DNA of 60,931 nucleotides, filler included, from Porpidia crustulata (lineage: Eukaryota): assembly GCA_964255105.1 (NCBI GenBank). It is 6 parts of 6 records of this genome, joined end to end, with 100 filler letters (N's around TTAATTAATTAA, not from the genome) between each part and the next. Parts side by side here need not be neighbours in the genome. Positions count along the whole stretch, not along the records: positions 10,181 to 20,259 come from CAXUWE010000837.1; positions 20,360 to 30,431 come from CAXUWE010000838.1; 4 more parts are not named here. One strand, given 5' to 3'. This document shows positions 12,376-24,924 of the stretch, in pieces. How positions within the stretch are numbered: the stretch's first letter is position 1; each line of letters opens with the position of its first letter. The notes below the pieces were generated by a model. It saw only the letters and a list, made by a program, of their open reading frames with translations, did not search any database and was not told the origin of the DNA. The position numbers and the translations under genes are program-made.

Positions 12376-13870
12376 TCAGTGGTCTGCCAGTGAAGTCACG
12401 CTGGTGATATCGCTATCCAATCTTTGTCCATTGGATTTGGCAGTTCGAAATGTTCGACTGGTGTCATTCTTCGTAAAAGGGGTTGCCGTATTCTGGTTGC
12501 GCGAAGATGGACCGCGCCATCGGGCATTCCATAGACCTTTACAGGCGGTTTGAGAGGTTATGATGTAGACAATAACATTCCAAAATCCTTGCAAAGGAAG
12601 GACCAACGCGGATGCGAGGTTCAGGGGAAAGTTGACACGTTCCGGGTAGGCGAGGGCATAAACACGGTTCACACTTGATGGAACCTGGTCAAAGTTGATC
12701 AGCCAAGAACAAATCGCATGCTGCTTCTATAACATACCCATGTGATCAAAATGCTCAAGAAGAAAAGGAAAGCAACTCGGGCGTAGAGCCATGCCTCAGC
12801 GTTCTTTTCGTTGACGGCAGCGGCCCTGGTCAGGCTGCGCATTCGGAGAATAGCTGGCCTCGGGGCCCTGTCCTTATCGGTAGCCCCCACCTCGATGTTG
12901 ACAGTGTAAGGATGATAACCATTTGACAGAACGCCCGTGTCCTCGTCAAAATGAAAAGAAGCTTGAGAAGATCCCCGGCGCTGCTCATGAGTGATCTGGA
13001 CCTCGGTTGTGACTGTGTTCTTGAACGGATTCTCGTTGAAAGGGTTCAAGAAGCCCTCGAGTTGCTTCCGCTTCTTCCAAATAACCCTACCTGCCAGGCA
13101 GTAAATCACCGTAGCCATGACAACAGCGACCCTAGACAGTCACCAATCAGTGGAACGCAGATAAAGAAGGATCCATCCTTACCAGACAATGCCGTAGAGT
13201 AAGGCGACACGAAGGAAGTCCCACTGTATATCAATCCAACACCAAATCTAGAAAGTGATGAGTTCAAGCGCGGGAGAATTTGATCGAGTACTCACAATGG
13301 CTGGGCCGTATATTTTCCCCCTCTTGTGTGTGTCTACGAAAAGAAATACCAATGCCGGGACGAACGAGGCGCCATAACATCCCAGTAAGTATTTCCAGTC
13401 CAGTGCTCGCAGCTGTCCTGTCGTGTAATTGTGGAAGAAGGCTAGGTAGACGTTGCAAGCCATGCACAGAGCCCAAAAGGCATCGACGCCAAGAAACCTG
13501 CGTATAATTAAAACCTCAGAGTATCTCATAGCCGGGCGCTGGTTACGTACATCTGGATCATGAAGGCTTGAAATTGGCAGAGGGACGAAGGGCCCCCGGC
13601 ATTGGGTCCGTCCATTGAAATTAACGTGGCAATGTTCATACCTAAATCGGTCAGTTGCGATCAACACCGCCGTACGCAGAAGCCGCCAGCTGACATACCT
13701 AGATTACCAAAGGTAGCGAAGAAGACTAGGCGATTGATGGGCTTGTTGAAGGAAGACGACAGCAGGAAGGTAGCTAGAATGAAAACAATGCCGATGAGGG
13801 AAAAGACCGACGAAACCCTTTCGGCGACAACGATCACGACTTTTTGCTCGGGCGTTAGTGACGGCGACAT
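12376..13870 (-). CDS. cAMP-receptor-like (CRL) 7-TM GPCR, 6 exons
   Basis: Spliced product includes ERVSSVFSLIGIVFILATFL, FNKPINRLVFFATFGN, LCQFQAFMIQMFLGVDAFWALCMACNVYL, YGPAIIWCWI, YARVAFLFFLSILITWVPSSVNR and LPLQGFWNVIVYI. Canonical splice sites lie between the ORF pieces. Confidence 0.9.
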
Positions 13871-16800
13871 GATGGTTGAATTCAATTCAGCGAACGGTCC
13901 GACAAGTTGTAGATGTCGTAGGGAAATTGCTACAAGCGGTAGCCTGGTGGATATATGAACATCACCAGTACGGCTCTTAAGGGATCTGTTGTGGAGGTGA
14001 GGCTTATCGGATGTAAGACACGACGTCAGGAAGCATATAAATGTTTACACCTCAATATACAACACAAAACGCGTACAACCCCTCAACATCAACGATTGGA
14101 GGGTGGCTTATTTATGTTGAAATAACGAGAACGGAGTATGGAAGGAGGAACGAGATATTACTATGGCCATGGAATCAAGAGAGTGGAGGGTTTACGGAAG
14201 TACTTGATAGTCAATCTATCTCAGATTAAGTTGATCCGGGGGGAAAGTATAGTGGAAGAATGGCCACGCCAACGCCAGACTAAAGCCATAGAGTATACAG
14301 GGAACACTTATTGCAGAAGGCCGACAGCAACATGATTTACATCAGGAAGCCTAAGGTACGCAAGTACTTGCGGGCTCTCCTAACGGGGTGATAGCGCTGT
14401 CGGATTGGTGGGCAGCCGTGAAGTAACGGCTTAGTTTCGCTACAAGATGAAGGGTTCACTGCACATCTGCAAGGACCATCGAATTCAGACCCATGGTACT
14501 ACTCTTCTCGTGTAAAGGGAACCCCCAGTCTCATAGTCTGCAATCTACAGTCTAAAGTCCACAAGTGAAGGTATTATTTTAGCTTATCTGTGTGGGGCAG
14601 TCGTACCTTACTTGAGATGACACGAGGCGTCTGCTGCGCCGCTTAGCGTGGTCCCTTTCGGAGTGAAACTGGCCAATCGTGACACAGTAGCTAGTAGGGA
14701 TCAGTGGCTTGGCATGTTTCAGTACTGCATTTGATCCACACGAATTCATTCTAAGTACCGGCAACGCTAAAGCTTGCCGCACATGGCTTGACGGCCATAC
14801 AAGCCATCAACCTTTTCATCTTATACGTAATATACATGATAGATCAACGAAATGCTGATTAAAACGAACATTTCTTCGGAGTCAAAGGAGATAAATTGTC
14901 CCTAGCTTTGCAACGTGTCAAGCTCCATTTATTAATCAAGTCAAATCATCATGTCTGGTCAAGGGCAGATCAAGCATTGCATCAGTCATCCCAGGTAGAT
15001 AGGAATTTGGCCGCAATCAATGCGCTAAAGACGCACCAGCCATGGAGCCTGGAGAAAGCTCAAGCCTACGGTGTAAGGGCGAATTCAAGCTTTGAGGCGT
15101 AGGTTTACCACCGCTAAGGCTGGAGTGGCCTCCTTAAGGCCCCAATATAGGAGGACCCAGGCATCTAACCCCATCAACAAAGGCACGAGACCTACGACTC
15201 CCAACTTCAATACCGCATTCTTGTTGTTGTCTAGACGCTTCGTGGCTTTTTTCGTATCGAATTCAGATACCTCGCAGGAAGCGATGGAAGCAAGCGAAGA
15301 TGCATGAGCAGATCCCAGCCACCGACATCCTTCCAGGGACCTGCGTGAATCCTGAGGATATTCAACCAATGGCGAGAAACAGCGAAACTTAACAAAGCTT
15401 GGCAAACCCCTCGTGGTTCCTCGATTTGGCATAACCACAGATCCCATACTTTGCAACACGCCCCCAGTTGACGCATGGAAGCTTCCCTGATACCCTGATA
15501 ATTCATGCTTAACAACGCAACGTTGGGGGTAGGCCTGCTATGTGCTTTGCCCCACGCTTTATCTCGTGGAACAGCAGGAATGATCGTTTTGGGCTAGGCC
15601 AACCATCTGAACAGCTCTCAATCGTATCTTGGCTCAACCTGGATATCGACGAGCGACACACATATATCTGTGACTCCGGTCTCCGAGTACGGATTTCTTT
15701 CCGCAGACCTTCCGAAGATAAAGCAAGCGGATCTACGTCAATCAATTATCACAAAGCGAGCCAAGGTCAGATTCGCTTCGTAATCGATTATTTTGATTTT
15801 ACATGGACATTTTTCTAGAAGAATTTGAACTATTGTGCGCATGTGATCTCACGCAGCTAGCATCTTGTGCAACCATCGGAGTGTAACGGCGTACAGACTG
15901 CAGCACCTCCTCCTCTGCAATCTGCATCTGGTGTGAGATCGGTCGTTTAAGATGTGGTGCGTGTACTTGCTTTCGGACCCATAGACCAGTGGACTCAACA
16001 AGCCAGCTGATTCGTTGCAATTCAAAGATTCCAATTTCTTGTATGGATGATAGTACGACCGTGACAAGGTGTGGGTGGCACGCATGATTAGTGACCGTTT
16101 TGGTGTGACATCAGTAATTTATCGACTTCCATTTGTAGCCTCGCAACGATTTTCATTTACTGCTACTAATAAACGAAGGTGTGCAGCTTATCAGACTTAT
16201 CCCCAATTTGAGAGCAGAAACTAATGCGCAATCGTCAATTCTCTCGCCTCAGTCTTTATTACTTACTCCCAGCTGCTCGCTTCTCTTATGCCATCCTTTC
16301 TTGCGGGCTCTAGTTGAAGTGTTTCTTGTGTCTAAGTTGATATGCATCTAAGGAGACATCACGGAAGAAAGGCGACAAAAACTTGCCAGTCTAGACACGC
16401 GACATTGTCAACGAATGTTGAATCGAAGCGAAGCTTATCCGAAACCTCTCCTCGATCCTAACCATTTCCACCGTTATGGCTCGCAACAATCGCACGCGGT
16501 CCGTTGTTCGCCTTCGAATGGACCTGCCAAGCATACCTTGTGCCTATCGATGTCTGATAGTTTCGCGCCATACCTGACGTCAGAGGAGTCCCAGGCTTAG
16601 CCCGCTTGTCATCGTTGCCACGGAAAACCTCCACCAGGTGCAACCTTGAGGGGTTTCTTCCGTCCGCATAGGCCTCGGTGGCTCTAGGCTGATATCCTGC
16701 ATCGAGCTTGGGGTTTTGGACCTTTGAGACTGCACAAGCTTCCTGGTGATGATGAGCGGATGCATGGACGTCCTCTTCCAGACTCCATGGCCATTTCAAT

Positions 16801-17817
16801 ATAGCCCTTCTGCATTTCAATAATGTTAAAAGTAAACTAGTACTATCGTGCGTTTAGCAAAAGTACAGGTGGTAATCTGACAGGAACAGGAGAGTAGTAC
16901 GTCTTTCTCTTTCCTATTGAGCTTAGCAAGTTGTCAAGGAGTTTTCCAAAGGGGTCGCTTCCTGGTACAATGCTACAGTATCGACTTGGTCTTCGAATTA
17001 TATCCTGTGAATATTCGCTGAGGCGTCTGTACAATATAATCTATCTTTTGAAAATTCTTGCCCACGTCTTTTTGGAAATACTAATTACTATTCTGTCACA
17101 CACAGAGGACTTTATCCTACATAATATCAAGTGAGATTGAGTCGGCAACCTGAGACGACCGTGTTCAGTTGGTCGAGTTGTCCAACCGTGATAACTACAT
17201 TTCCGGGCAGACAAGGAGGCCACAATATCTGCTCTGGTGATGACCATGATAGCAAAAGTCACTCCCGCGAATCGATTCGACTGGGTGAGGTCTCAAGACT
17301 TGAAAAGTCGATGTAAAGCCCTCTCTTTACGATTGGATTAACGAATAATTGAAAAAGCTCATACGGAATCTTTGTATCCACCACATCAGTACCCCATAGT
17401 GCCATCTCTCCAATTGAGCTTCACTGGGACCCTTTTGCCTTTCTGTTAAAAAACAAAAATTTAATTCATATTGACAATACGATGTATTTAGATATATAAA
17501 CAACATTTGAGATTCTACAAACTCAGCAATTGAGGGAAAAAGAGTTTTGAGATTTAATAAGAAAAATCCCTCGCATTTGAACTTCAGTATGAGGCATAGG
17601 ATCGATTCATAAACGATGATATGACGAAATGGTGGTAGGTAACGTTTGACTCTTGCTCGATAAGCGTGTTTCCTATGGGATCCTAGTTTGTCACGTCACG
17701 TTGCTGACTCGAGATATTTTCCACCTGTCACCACCTGATTCGAACCTCACTTTGATGACCCATTGGCTGACAACCCCGCTCCTCCAGCTTCATATGTAAG
17801 CTTCTGCTTCATCCATC

Positions 17818-18657
17818 ATGTACATACCGTGCAGCAGCATCGTGAATGTTGAGTCTGTGCCATTCGAAGCAGTGCAAGAGCTGAACATGTTGGACGAATC
17901 ACTTCTTCTGAAGTCGACAAAGAGGAAACGGGCAGCGGAAGGCTTGAATTTGCGGGAGTATATCTCACTTTCATTATTGTTAACGCAATTGACGAATCTG
18001 AGACTAATTTCCCCATGTAGTCTGGATGCCACCGCATCTTCTGACCCTCCCACTCCATGGAGTCCGTCGTGCTCATCATCTCAGTGTCCAGCCTCATACT
18101 TTGACCCTTTTCCATCATCTCCAGGAGCAACAGCCATCCCAGCAAAGCGCAGACGTATTCCGCTGCGTCTCAGGAAATATACAGGCCCACAGTCCGCATC
18201 AACCACCTCATACACCCCACCATTGACACCAAGCCTCATGCCCTGTCACATCTGCTACCGACGTCCCAGCATTCATTCTGATTTACCTAGTTACTCGGCT
18301 TGTGGAGCCTGTGAACGTCAAACCTGCTACATCTGTATGAGAGCTTGCGAAGGCCCAGGCTGCCAGTCTGAAATTGGCACAGCAGGCTCTCCACAACAAA
18401 CCAGCAATGGTAATAATACGACTACGGATTCCAGGGGAAGGAGTGTCTGTGGTAAATGCTGCATTGAAGTCGGAGCCGAGGGAAGAGTCTGGTGTCTTAT
18501 TTGTTTCAATAACGAACACGACTCGGAATTTGCAAGAGAAGACGAGTCTGATGAAGAAGAGGAAGGTGGTCGAAAGAGGGATCAGCGAAGTAGTAAGGGC
18601 ATAGGGGTCGAGAAATGGCTGGAATGCTGCGGCGACGAGCAATGGTCTGATGGATAA
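17818..18657 (+). CDS. Uncharacterised Cys-rich (putative Zn-binding) nuclear protein; probable 63-nt in-frame intron at 17958-18020
   Basis: KRKR and KRRR NLS-like motifs; CHIC, CGAC, CYIC, CGKCC and CLIC pairs; acidic tail. Intron signals GTATAT..CTAAT..TAG. Confidence 0.7.
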   Translation: MYIPCSSIVNVESVPFEAVQELNMLDESLLLKSTKRKRAAEGLNLREYISLSLLLTQLTNLRLISPCSLDATASSDPPTPWSPSCSSSQCPASYFDPFPSSPGATAIPAKRRRIPLRLRKYTGPQSASTTSYTPPLTPSLMPCHICYRRPSIHSDLPSYSACGACERQTCYICMRACEGPGCQSEIGTAGSPQQTSNGNNTTTDSRGRSVCGKCCIEVGAEGRVWCLICFNNEHDSEFAREDESDEEEEGGRKRDQRSSKGIGVEKWLECCGDEQWSDG

Positions 18658-19553
18658 GTCTCTGGATTGGAAGGTATCCACTTCCGCGAAGAGACATTAA
18701 CGAGGCACGACTTACATCACAAGAGAGCTCCAACACCCACCCCGCACACCCTTTCAGTGAATCCGAGCATCAATATTCGTCATTTCGAATCGATGAATTT
18801 CCAGCAATCTAGCGACATATGGCATCTGCTTTCGATACCCACGATCTAGACGAGGCCGCTTGGAGCAAAAATTGCATTACCATTGCACAGGACAGCATAG
18901 CATAGCGTAGCATCGCGTAGCATCGCGTAGCGTCTTTTATCTTTGACATATGTGTTTCGACAGAGACACCGACCCTAGCTACATTTCGACATCCAGTTAG
19001 CAGCGAATCGATGTCTGTCGAAAGGATGCGAGTCTCATACTATATTCGACTATTCGCTACTTTTTCTGGGAAATTCAACAAGAGTAAATCTCGACATCCA
19101 ATCGGACCCGGGAGAGTCAATTTCTGTTATCTCACTCTTCTCCATGCTGCTCTCCAATCCTGCCTCCCGACCGCGACTGCACCCTCACCTGCTCCAGTAT
19201 TTTGACGGAACCCCCGTACGGCCCACACAATATCCGATGCCATCGTACAGCTCGCCGTGATTTGAATCCGCCTCCCATGGTCTCGTTGATGAATGTGATA
19301 CACCATTACACCGTTCATCCCTCATACGCAAGCATTCCTCACCGACTAGCCACCTCCCCATTTGCCAACCACCCTCTATCTCTCCCGAAAATACATCCCA
19401 CCCCTCGTTAGCAGATCATTATGACTGCAGGTTGGCAGCTCTGTACATTTGACCTTTCATTTCTTTCTCCTGTATCATTCCTGCGCAAGTCAAGGATCTG
19501 GCTCACATCAAAGATTTAAATACAGTCCCGTCTCAACAAACCCTTCGTTACAT

Positions 19554-20259
19554 TCACATTACCTTCGCCACCGCCCAGGCTACACCGGCCGCAAATATCA
19601 GATCCCACCAAATACTTCGTCCCCCGAGCCTGGTGGCTTGGCCTGTGAACGCGAGCGCGGTTGAGTTGGCGATGGTTATGGCGTTTGACAAGCAGGGCAA
19701 GTTGGTATTTGCGGTGAAGGGGGAGGTTATTATGGTGCCAAGGGAGGAGGTGGTGGTTGAGATTTTTGGCTGGGAAATTGCTGGCTGGGTGGTTGGGGTT
19801 GGGGCTGTTGATATCGTTGGTGGCAGGTTGGGGGTTGAAATTGTCGGTGGTGTTGTTGTCGATGAGGAGATCGAGGCTTTTGGTGTTGTTGATGATGACG
19901 AGGAGATTGACGTGGAGGTCAAACTCGAGGTCGACATCGTCAACGTCGAAGTCTTTGGCCCGAACATCCCCTGCACCTCGGAAACTAGAGCCTGCTCATC
20001 ACTCGTCGATGTCGTCGTCGTCGACGCAACAATCGGCACCGGCGCTGCCGTACCCGTATCCGGCTGCAGCTCGTTCTGCGTGATGTGCGTTACGGGAGAC
20101 GCGGCAGCAACGGGGGTTGTCTCGTTTTGCGCGACGACGGTGGTCGTAACCGGCAGCAGAGCGTCTTCCGTGACGTGGGTCGCGGCGGAGAGGGATTCGA
20201 TGGGGATGGTGGCATTTTGTTGATAGGGCGCCGTTGGTGGTGGGGGAGCCGGGATTGGG
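19554..20259 (-). CDS. Ser/Thr/Pro-rich GPI-anchored cell-surface protein, 5'-truncated by contig end
   Basis: Frame stays open to the linker; S/T-rich body; C-terminal FTGQA omega-like site followed by hydrophobic WWDLIFAAGVAWAVAKVM. Confidence 0.7.
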
Positions 20260-20359
20260 NNNNNNNNNNNNNNNNNNNNNNNNNNNNNNNNNNNNNNNNN
20301 NNNTTAATTAATTAANNNNNNNNNNNNNNNNNNNNNNNNNNNNNNNNNNNNNNNNNNNN
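20260..20359. other. Artificial contig-joining linker
   Basis: N44-TTAATTAATTAA-N44. Confidence 0.99.
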
Positions 20360-23300
20360 TCAGGTGATCTTACTAGCGTAAGCACCCCGAACACCTAGTC
20401 GTAGGACCTAGATACTCTGTTTTCAACATATAGAATGATTGATGAGGATGTGCAGCTCTATAGTACTAATTTTAATGAGGGATGTGTCAAGATCTTCAAG
20501 CATCCCCTCAAGATGTCTGGGTGGGGAAGAACTTCAAACACCGAGCCACGCGCGTCAATGTCTGCACGTCTTTCAAAGGGCCAAAAAATTTATATTTGAA
20601 GCTTTCATGTCATTATTTTCAAACCTTCTGGGAAAAAAATTAGATTTGTTGGGGTGCTGCGATCGGATGTCATCTCGACGCAGATCTCCGTCCCTTAATG
20701 GAAAACAGACTGTCAGCCAAGTTTGAGCTCGAAGCTGTCAGGACAGGCTTGGAGTAGGAAGGCTCAGAGACTGGCTTAAGACCGGGTTGCTTCTTTTACT
20801 CAATCAAGGCTGCGAAGCTCCATGCTCCCAAGATCACTACTGCCATCATCTAGTTCCGAGGATTAAGCGAATGTGCAACAGCTTTCTTTCGATATATGAA
20901 GAATGACTTGGAAACTTTACGCCGGGCCCTATTTCATCTTCCGCTCTGTCACAGAGGTACAACAGTATATTTAGAAAGCCGTTTCACCCTCAAGACAGGC
21001 GTAGACACACTTCATAGCTCCACTTCGAATCTTACCATGCAGAAACGGTCATCCTGTCCCTCCGATGAGGCTCTCAAATCGTATTCTAAATAAAGCAGAT
21101 CTTGCACGGATCTGTCATAGGCACTACACTCCTGCCACGGGCTCTAAGAGTCAGCTCGGAGAATTACGGTTAGGAGGGGGTTTCACGAGGATGATTAGTC
21201 CTTATCACAGTCTGATCTTGAAGCTTGCGCAATATTATCCTCACTGTGAGCCCACAGAGCAGTCGCCAAATGCACATTAGAATCTCACCTGGCAATGTTT
21301 CGAAACATTGAACACGCGAAAATTGCCTTCAATCTTCATTCGTCAACGGGTAGGATTCCAAAAGCGGGTTTTGGAATTTTGAGGCTGGAGATCTTCGCTC
21401 ATGCACACGTGGCAGGCCTGCATCTCTGACATTTGGGGGCTGAACGAGGCTGGGCCGTCTGATAGGTACCATCGTATCGTTATCACAAACGCCGCAGCTG
21501 AGTCTCCTGGATGATGGTCGAATGGCACCGGCTGTTTGTTCCCGCGGTTTGCAGGGAATCTGGGTCTTGCAAAGTACAGTAGATGAACATGTCTGTTTCA
21601 TGTGGGTGGTTGTGTGTGGGTGATTTCCGGGTTAATTTACAGCACAAACATCTGATCACATTAAGCAGATCACATCTGTCGCCTGCAGATCCAGAGATTG
21701 GAGTGCGCGTTGAGTCTGAAAAGTCCATCATGGATGGTCTGAGAGCGTTGAGACAAGGTTGAGATTGAGATCTGATCTATCACACACGCCAGTTCGTCGG
21801 AAATGGATGCCAAGGCTGCCGTTCGGAGGAGTACCAAACGTTGTCTCCTTTCCTAGGCTTTTCTGGGGATGCATCCGCCGGTACAGTCGGGAAGCCACAT
21901 GGCGGCAGTGATCAACCAGGGATGATCCTGTTCATTCCCTTTCCCCTGTAGCTTGTACCTTGCAAGTTGGCACCACACTCATCTTCCTCTATGGCTGGGC
22001 TGCGCAAACGCGAAAAGCTTGGAAGTCGAAGCATCAAGGGTAACTTTTGCCTAATGTGAGGATGATTACCATCATATGAATGCGCACTGAAGCCGTAATA
22101 ATCAAACTCTTAGGCATCCCTCCAGCCAGAGGATCATGGCGTAAGCGGTCCTATAGACGAAAACAGAAGGCAGATAATAGAATCTCGTATACAGCCTATA
22201 GGCACAGTGAACATAGGCAACAGTGGCTTATTCGATGTGAGACGTTGAGAAGGGTCGTAGATGACATAGAGACGCACCCGTAATCGATGACAATTCTCTA
22301 GACTCTAGGACGATGTCAACGCGATCAATCGTGCGGCGGAAGAAGCTGTCCGTTCCCAAGAGATTTGTCCTTGTCCCTTCTAGCGGCCTTCTAGGTACAT
22401 ATCAGTTACCCAACAGAGCGGTACCCACTAACCTGTGATGGGATGTGACTGCAAGATGACCAAATTGGCAAAGAGCCTAGAGTATTGGCTTTGCTTGCTT
22501 TTCACGAACTCTTGCGCCTTGAAATTGAGTAGAAGTGATTTCGTTCGTTGACCGAGCGCGAAAAGATACTGCCTGGTGGCGCGAGTCAGACTTGGACGGA
22601 CAAGCCGTTTCGTCTGATGTCCAAGCCATTCTAGACCTCGGTGTTTCGTGGCTTGAGTCGTGTCATCAAAGGTACGTATCTATGACTCTTTCGGTAATAA
22701 ATCCGTGGAATAGACTTCCAAACCAGTCGACCGGAGTGTCTGGATGTGATCTTCCGCTTTTAGTGCCTTATAAACTACTGCAGGAACAGAGCCCTAAGGA
22801 CAGGCATGACCCGAGGAAAGGGTTTAGGCACTGTTGCTAAGGCCCAGGATCGCTGCCACATATGTTAGAAATTTGAAACGGCCGCAGACCCCTGCCACAA
22901 GGGACGAAATATTACATAGTATATTCTTGGTGTTTGTGGAAAGAAAACAAAACCCAGCAGGATTTCCATTTCTGCGTCATATTGCAGCTTTACTCTTCCC
23001 TTTTGGTCGTAGAACTACCAGATACATCTGACACAAGACTTTCTCTTTCAGTCGAAATAGAGTCATCTGCTCCCATATTTATCATTATTTGCTCTAAAGG
23101 TCTTGGTTGTCCAAGGAGGGCACCCGCATTACCTCCGCACGCACACGTATCCGGTCACTTTTTCTTCAAACATACCTTGCATAATACTTTCTCTTGCTGG
23201 CCATAGACATAACTGCGCGACCTTTCCGTCAACCCAAGCTCCGTCTCACCATACTCCCTGCCACCTTACAAATTCGAGATTACTCACTCTGGCTTCTAAT

Positions 23301-23620
23301 TTCGAAGGAGCGATTACTACCTTCTCATCTACCTCGAAACACCGGACAATACCAAACCATAATCCTAGAGGTCGACGACGATATCGGCGACGGATCTCAC
23401 TTGCAGAAACGTTACATCGCAAAGAATTTGGCCGTCGACTCAGCTCTCATTACGAGTAGTCTGCAGGATCGCACAGCCCAGAGCTATTTGTGACTCAGGT
23501 CAGCAGCAGGCTGTCTGATTCCGGCTGTCTATATAAGACTTGGTAAGAGCCCCAATGACTCTTCTTTCTCAATTAGACACCAACTAATACACTATCACCC
23601 AAAGACTCCAAGACGCTTTT

Positions 23621-23716
23621 ATGATCCTGAGGAATATCGCACCAAGGAATATAGGACGAGGCGGCTACGACGTCACTGGCGTACCAAAGCCAAAACCACC
23701 TCCAAAAGATCGATGA
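23621..23716 (+). CDS. Candidate 31-aa micropeptide MILRNIAPRNIGRGGYDVTGVPKPKPPPKDR
   Basis: ATG..TGA ORF lying between an upstream intron-like segment (GTAAGA 23543, CTAAT 23584, AAG 23604) and a downstream GTAAGC donor (23724). The peptide is basic and Pro-rich with an RGG motif. Confidence 0.45.
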   Translation: MILRNIAPRNIGRGGYDVTGVPKPKPPPKDR

Positions 23717-24924
23717 TACCTTCGTAAGCCTCGCGTGACTCTAGGACCTCAATGTACACTGCTGTCAAATCTCCGATTCATGCGAATCGCCGCAATATGC
23801 CGCCGTTCGGAAGCAGTCCGGCAGTGCAATCATTGGCCTTGGGGTTAGAAGGAATGACGCCCCAGCGGAGTACGTACCTTTTTAGGACACAGTCACCCGA
23901 CTCATCCTGACTGCCTAGTCCTGCGCGAATCCTGCTAATATACGTAAGCATAGGCTCTCACCGATTCTTCCGCGCCATTGATTAGCCACCATCCTCCTCG
24001 CCTTCTCAGCTACCCTTGTACCACAACCTTTCACCCTTGCTCACGCAAGGTGTACTAATACCATTCGTTTGCGATTAGCGATTAGAGCGATCTCTCGGCA
24101 TTTTCACCCTTGCTATATACGAATTCTTTTACATCAGTACATATCGATATCCTGAAAGTCGTTCTCGGCGTTCGATCTTGAAAGAGCATGGAATCTGGAA
24201 GATACACCATATAGATTATTTGATTTCACAGTCGCTGGCACTTGGGAGGAAAAGACTGTACCATATTCGACATAGCGTTTTTGTCCGACTTGGACCCGCT
24301 CGTTTTTTGCATCGCTTGTGGAATTTTGGGGCCATAGTCTACGTACAGCGAGACTGGCGGGACGTGGAGAGCCAGCTCTCAGGGAACTTACCACGACTAT
24401 ACATTCCTGATACTGATTTATAGGCATTGTTTTTCCACACATTCACTATCATCGAAAAGCACGCTTTTTTATGGCTGGCTGCAGTAGCAATTGTTGCAGT
24501 TCACACTTCGCTATGATATGCCAAGGCGATGACTCTATCAGTGGCCTCCTCTTCAGCAATGAGATTAGTTGTAAGAGCCACGCAATCAGAAATTCATAGG
24601 CACATGATGTTCTCGACTTTCGTCATCTCACCACGCTCTTTTCTCCATACACAGCAAGTCCATCCACCCAACACGCAATATCACGCGAAGGTGAACACGA
24701 AAGCCGAGCAGAGCCACAGTAGCATAGCCCTCTAGACAAGAAGTACCGTAATCTTTCAGTGCTCACGGCTCCTATCAGTCAACCTGCGCTAAGCCCGACT
24801 GTCTTAGCCGCGGGATTTCTCCGTCTTACATCCCACGCTTTCCATCTCTGGAACAACTTTACTGTTTGCCTTACTACCCTAGACCTCTTACCGGTGACTG
24901 CTCTGCAACTCGTACCTGCATACG

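Noticed and set aside
16458..16820. LKWPWS motif as a remnant of a fungal STAND N-terminal domain
   Set aside because: A single short motif with no supporting flanking similarity.
18895..18932. TAGCA/TAGCG short tandem repeat
   Set aside because: Simple-sequence tract in a probable 3'UTR; no spacer structure, not CRISPR-like.
19633..20223. 196-aa Val-rich plus-strand ORF
   Set aside because: Antisense shadow of the Ser/Thr-rich GPI protein.
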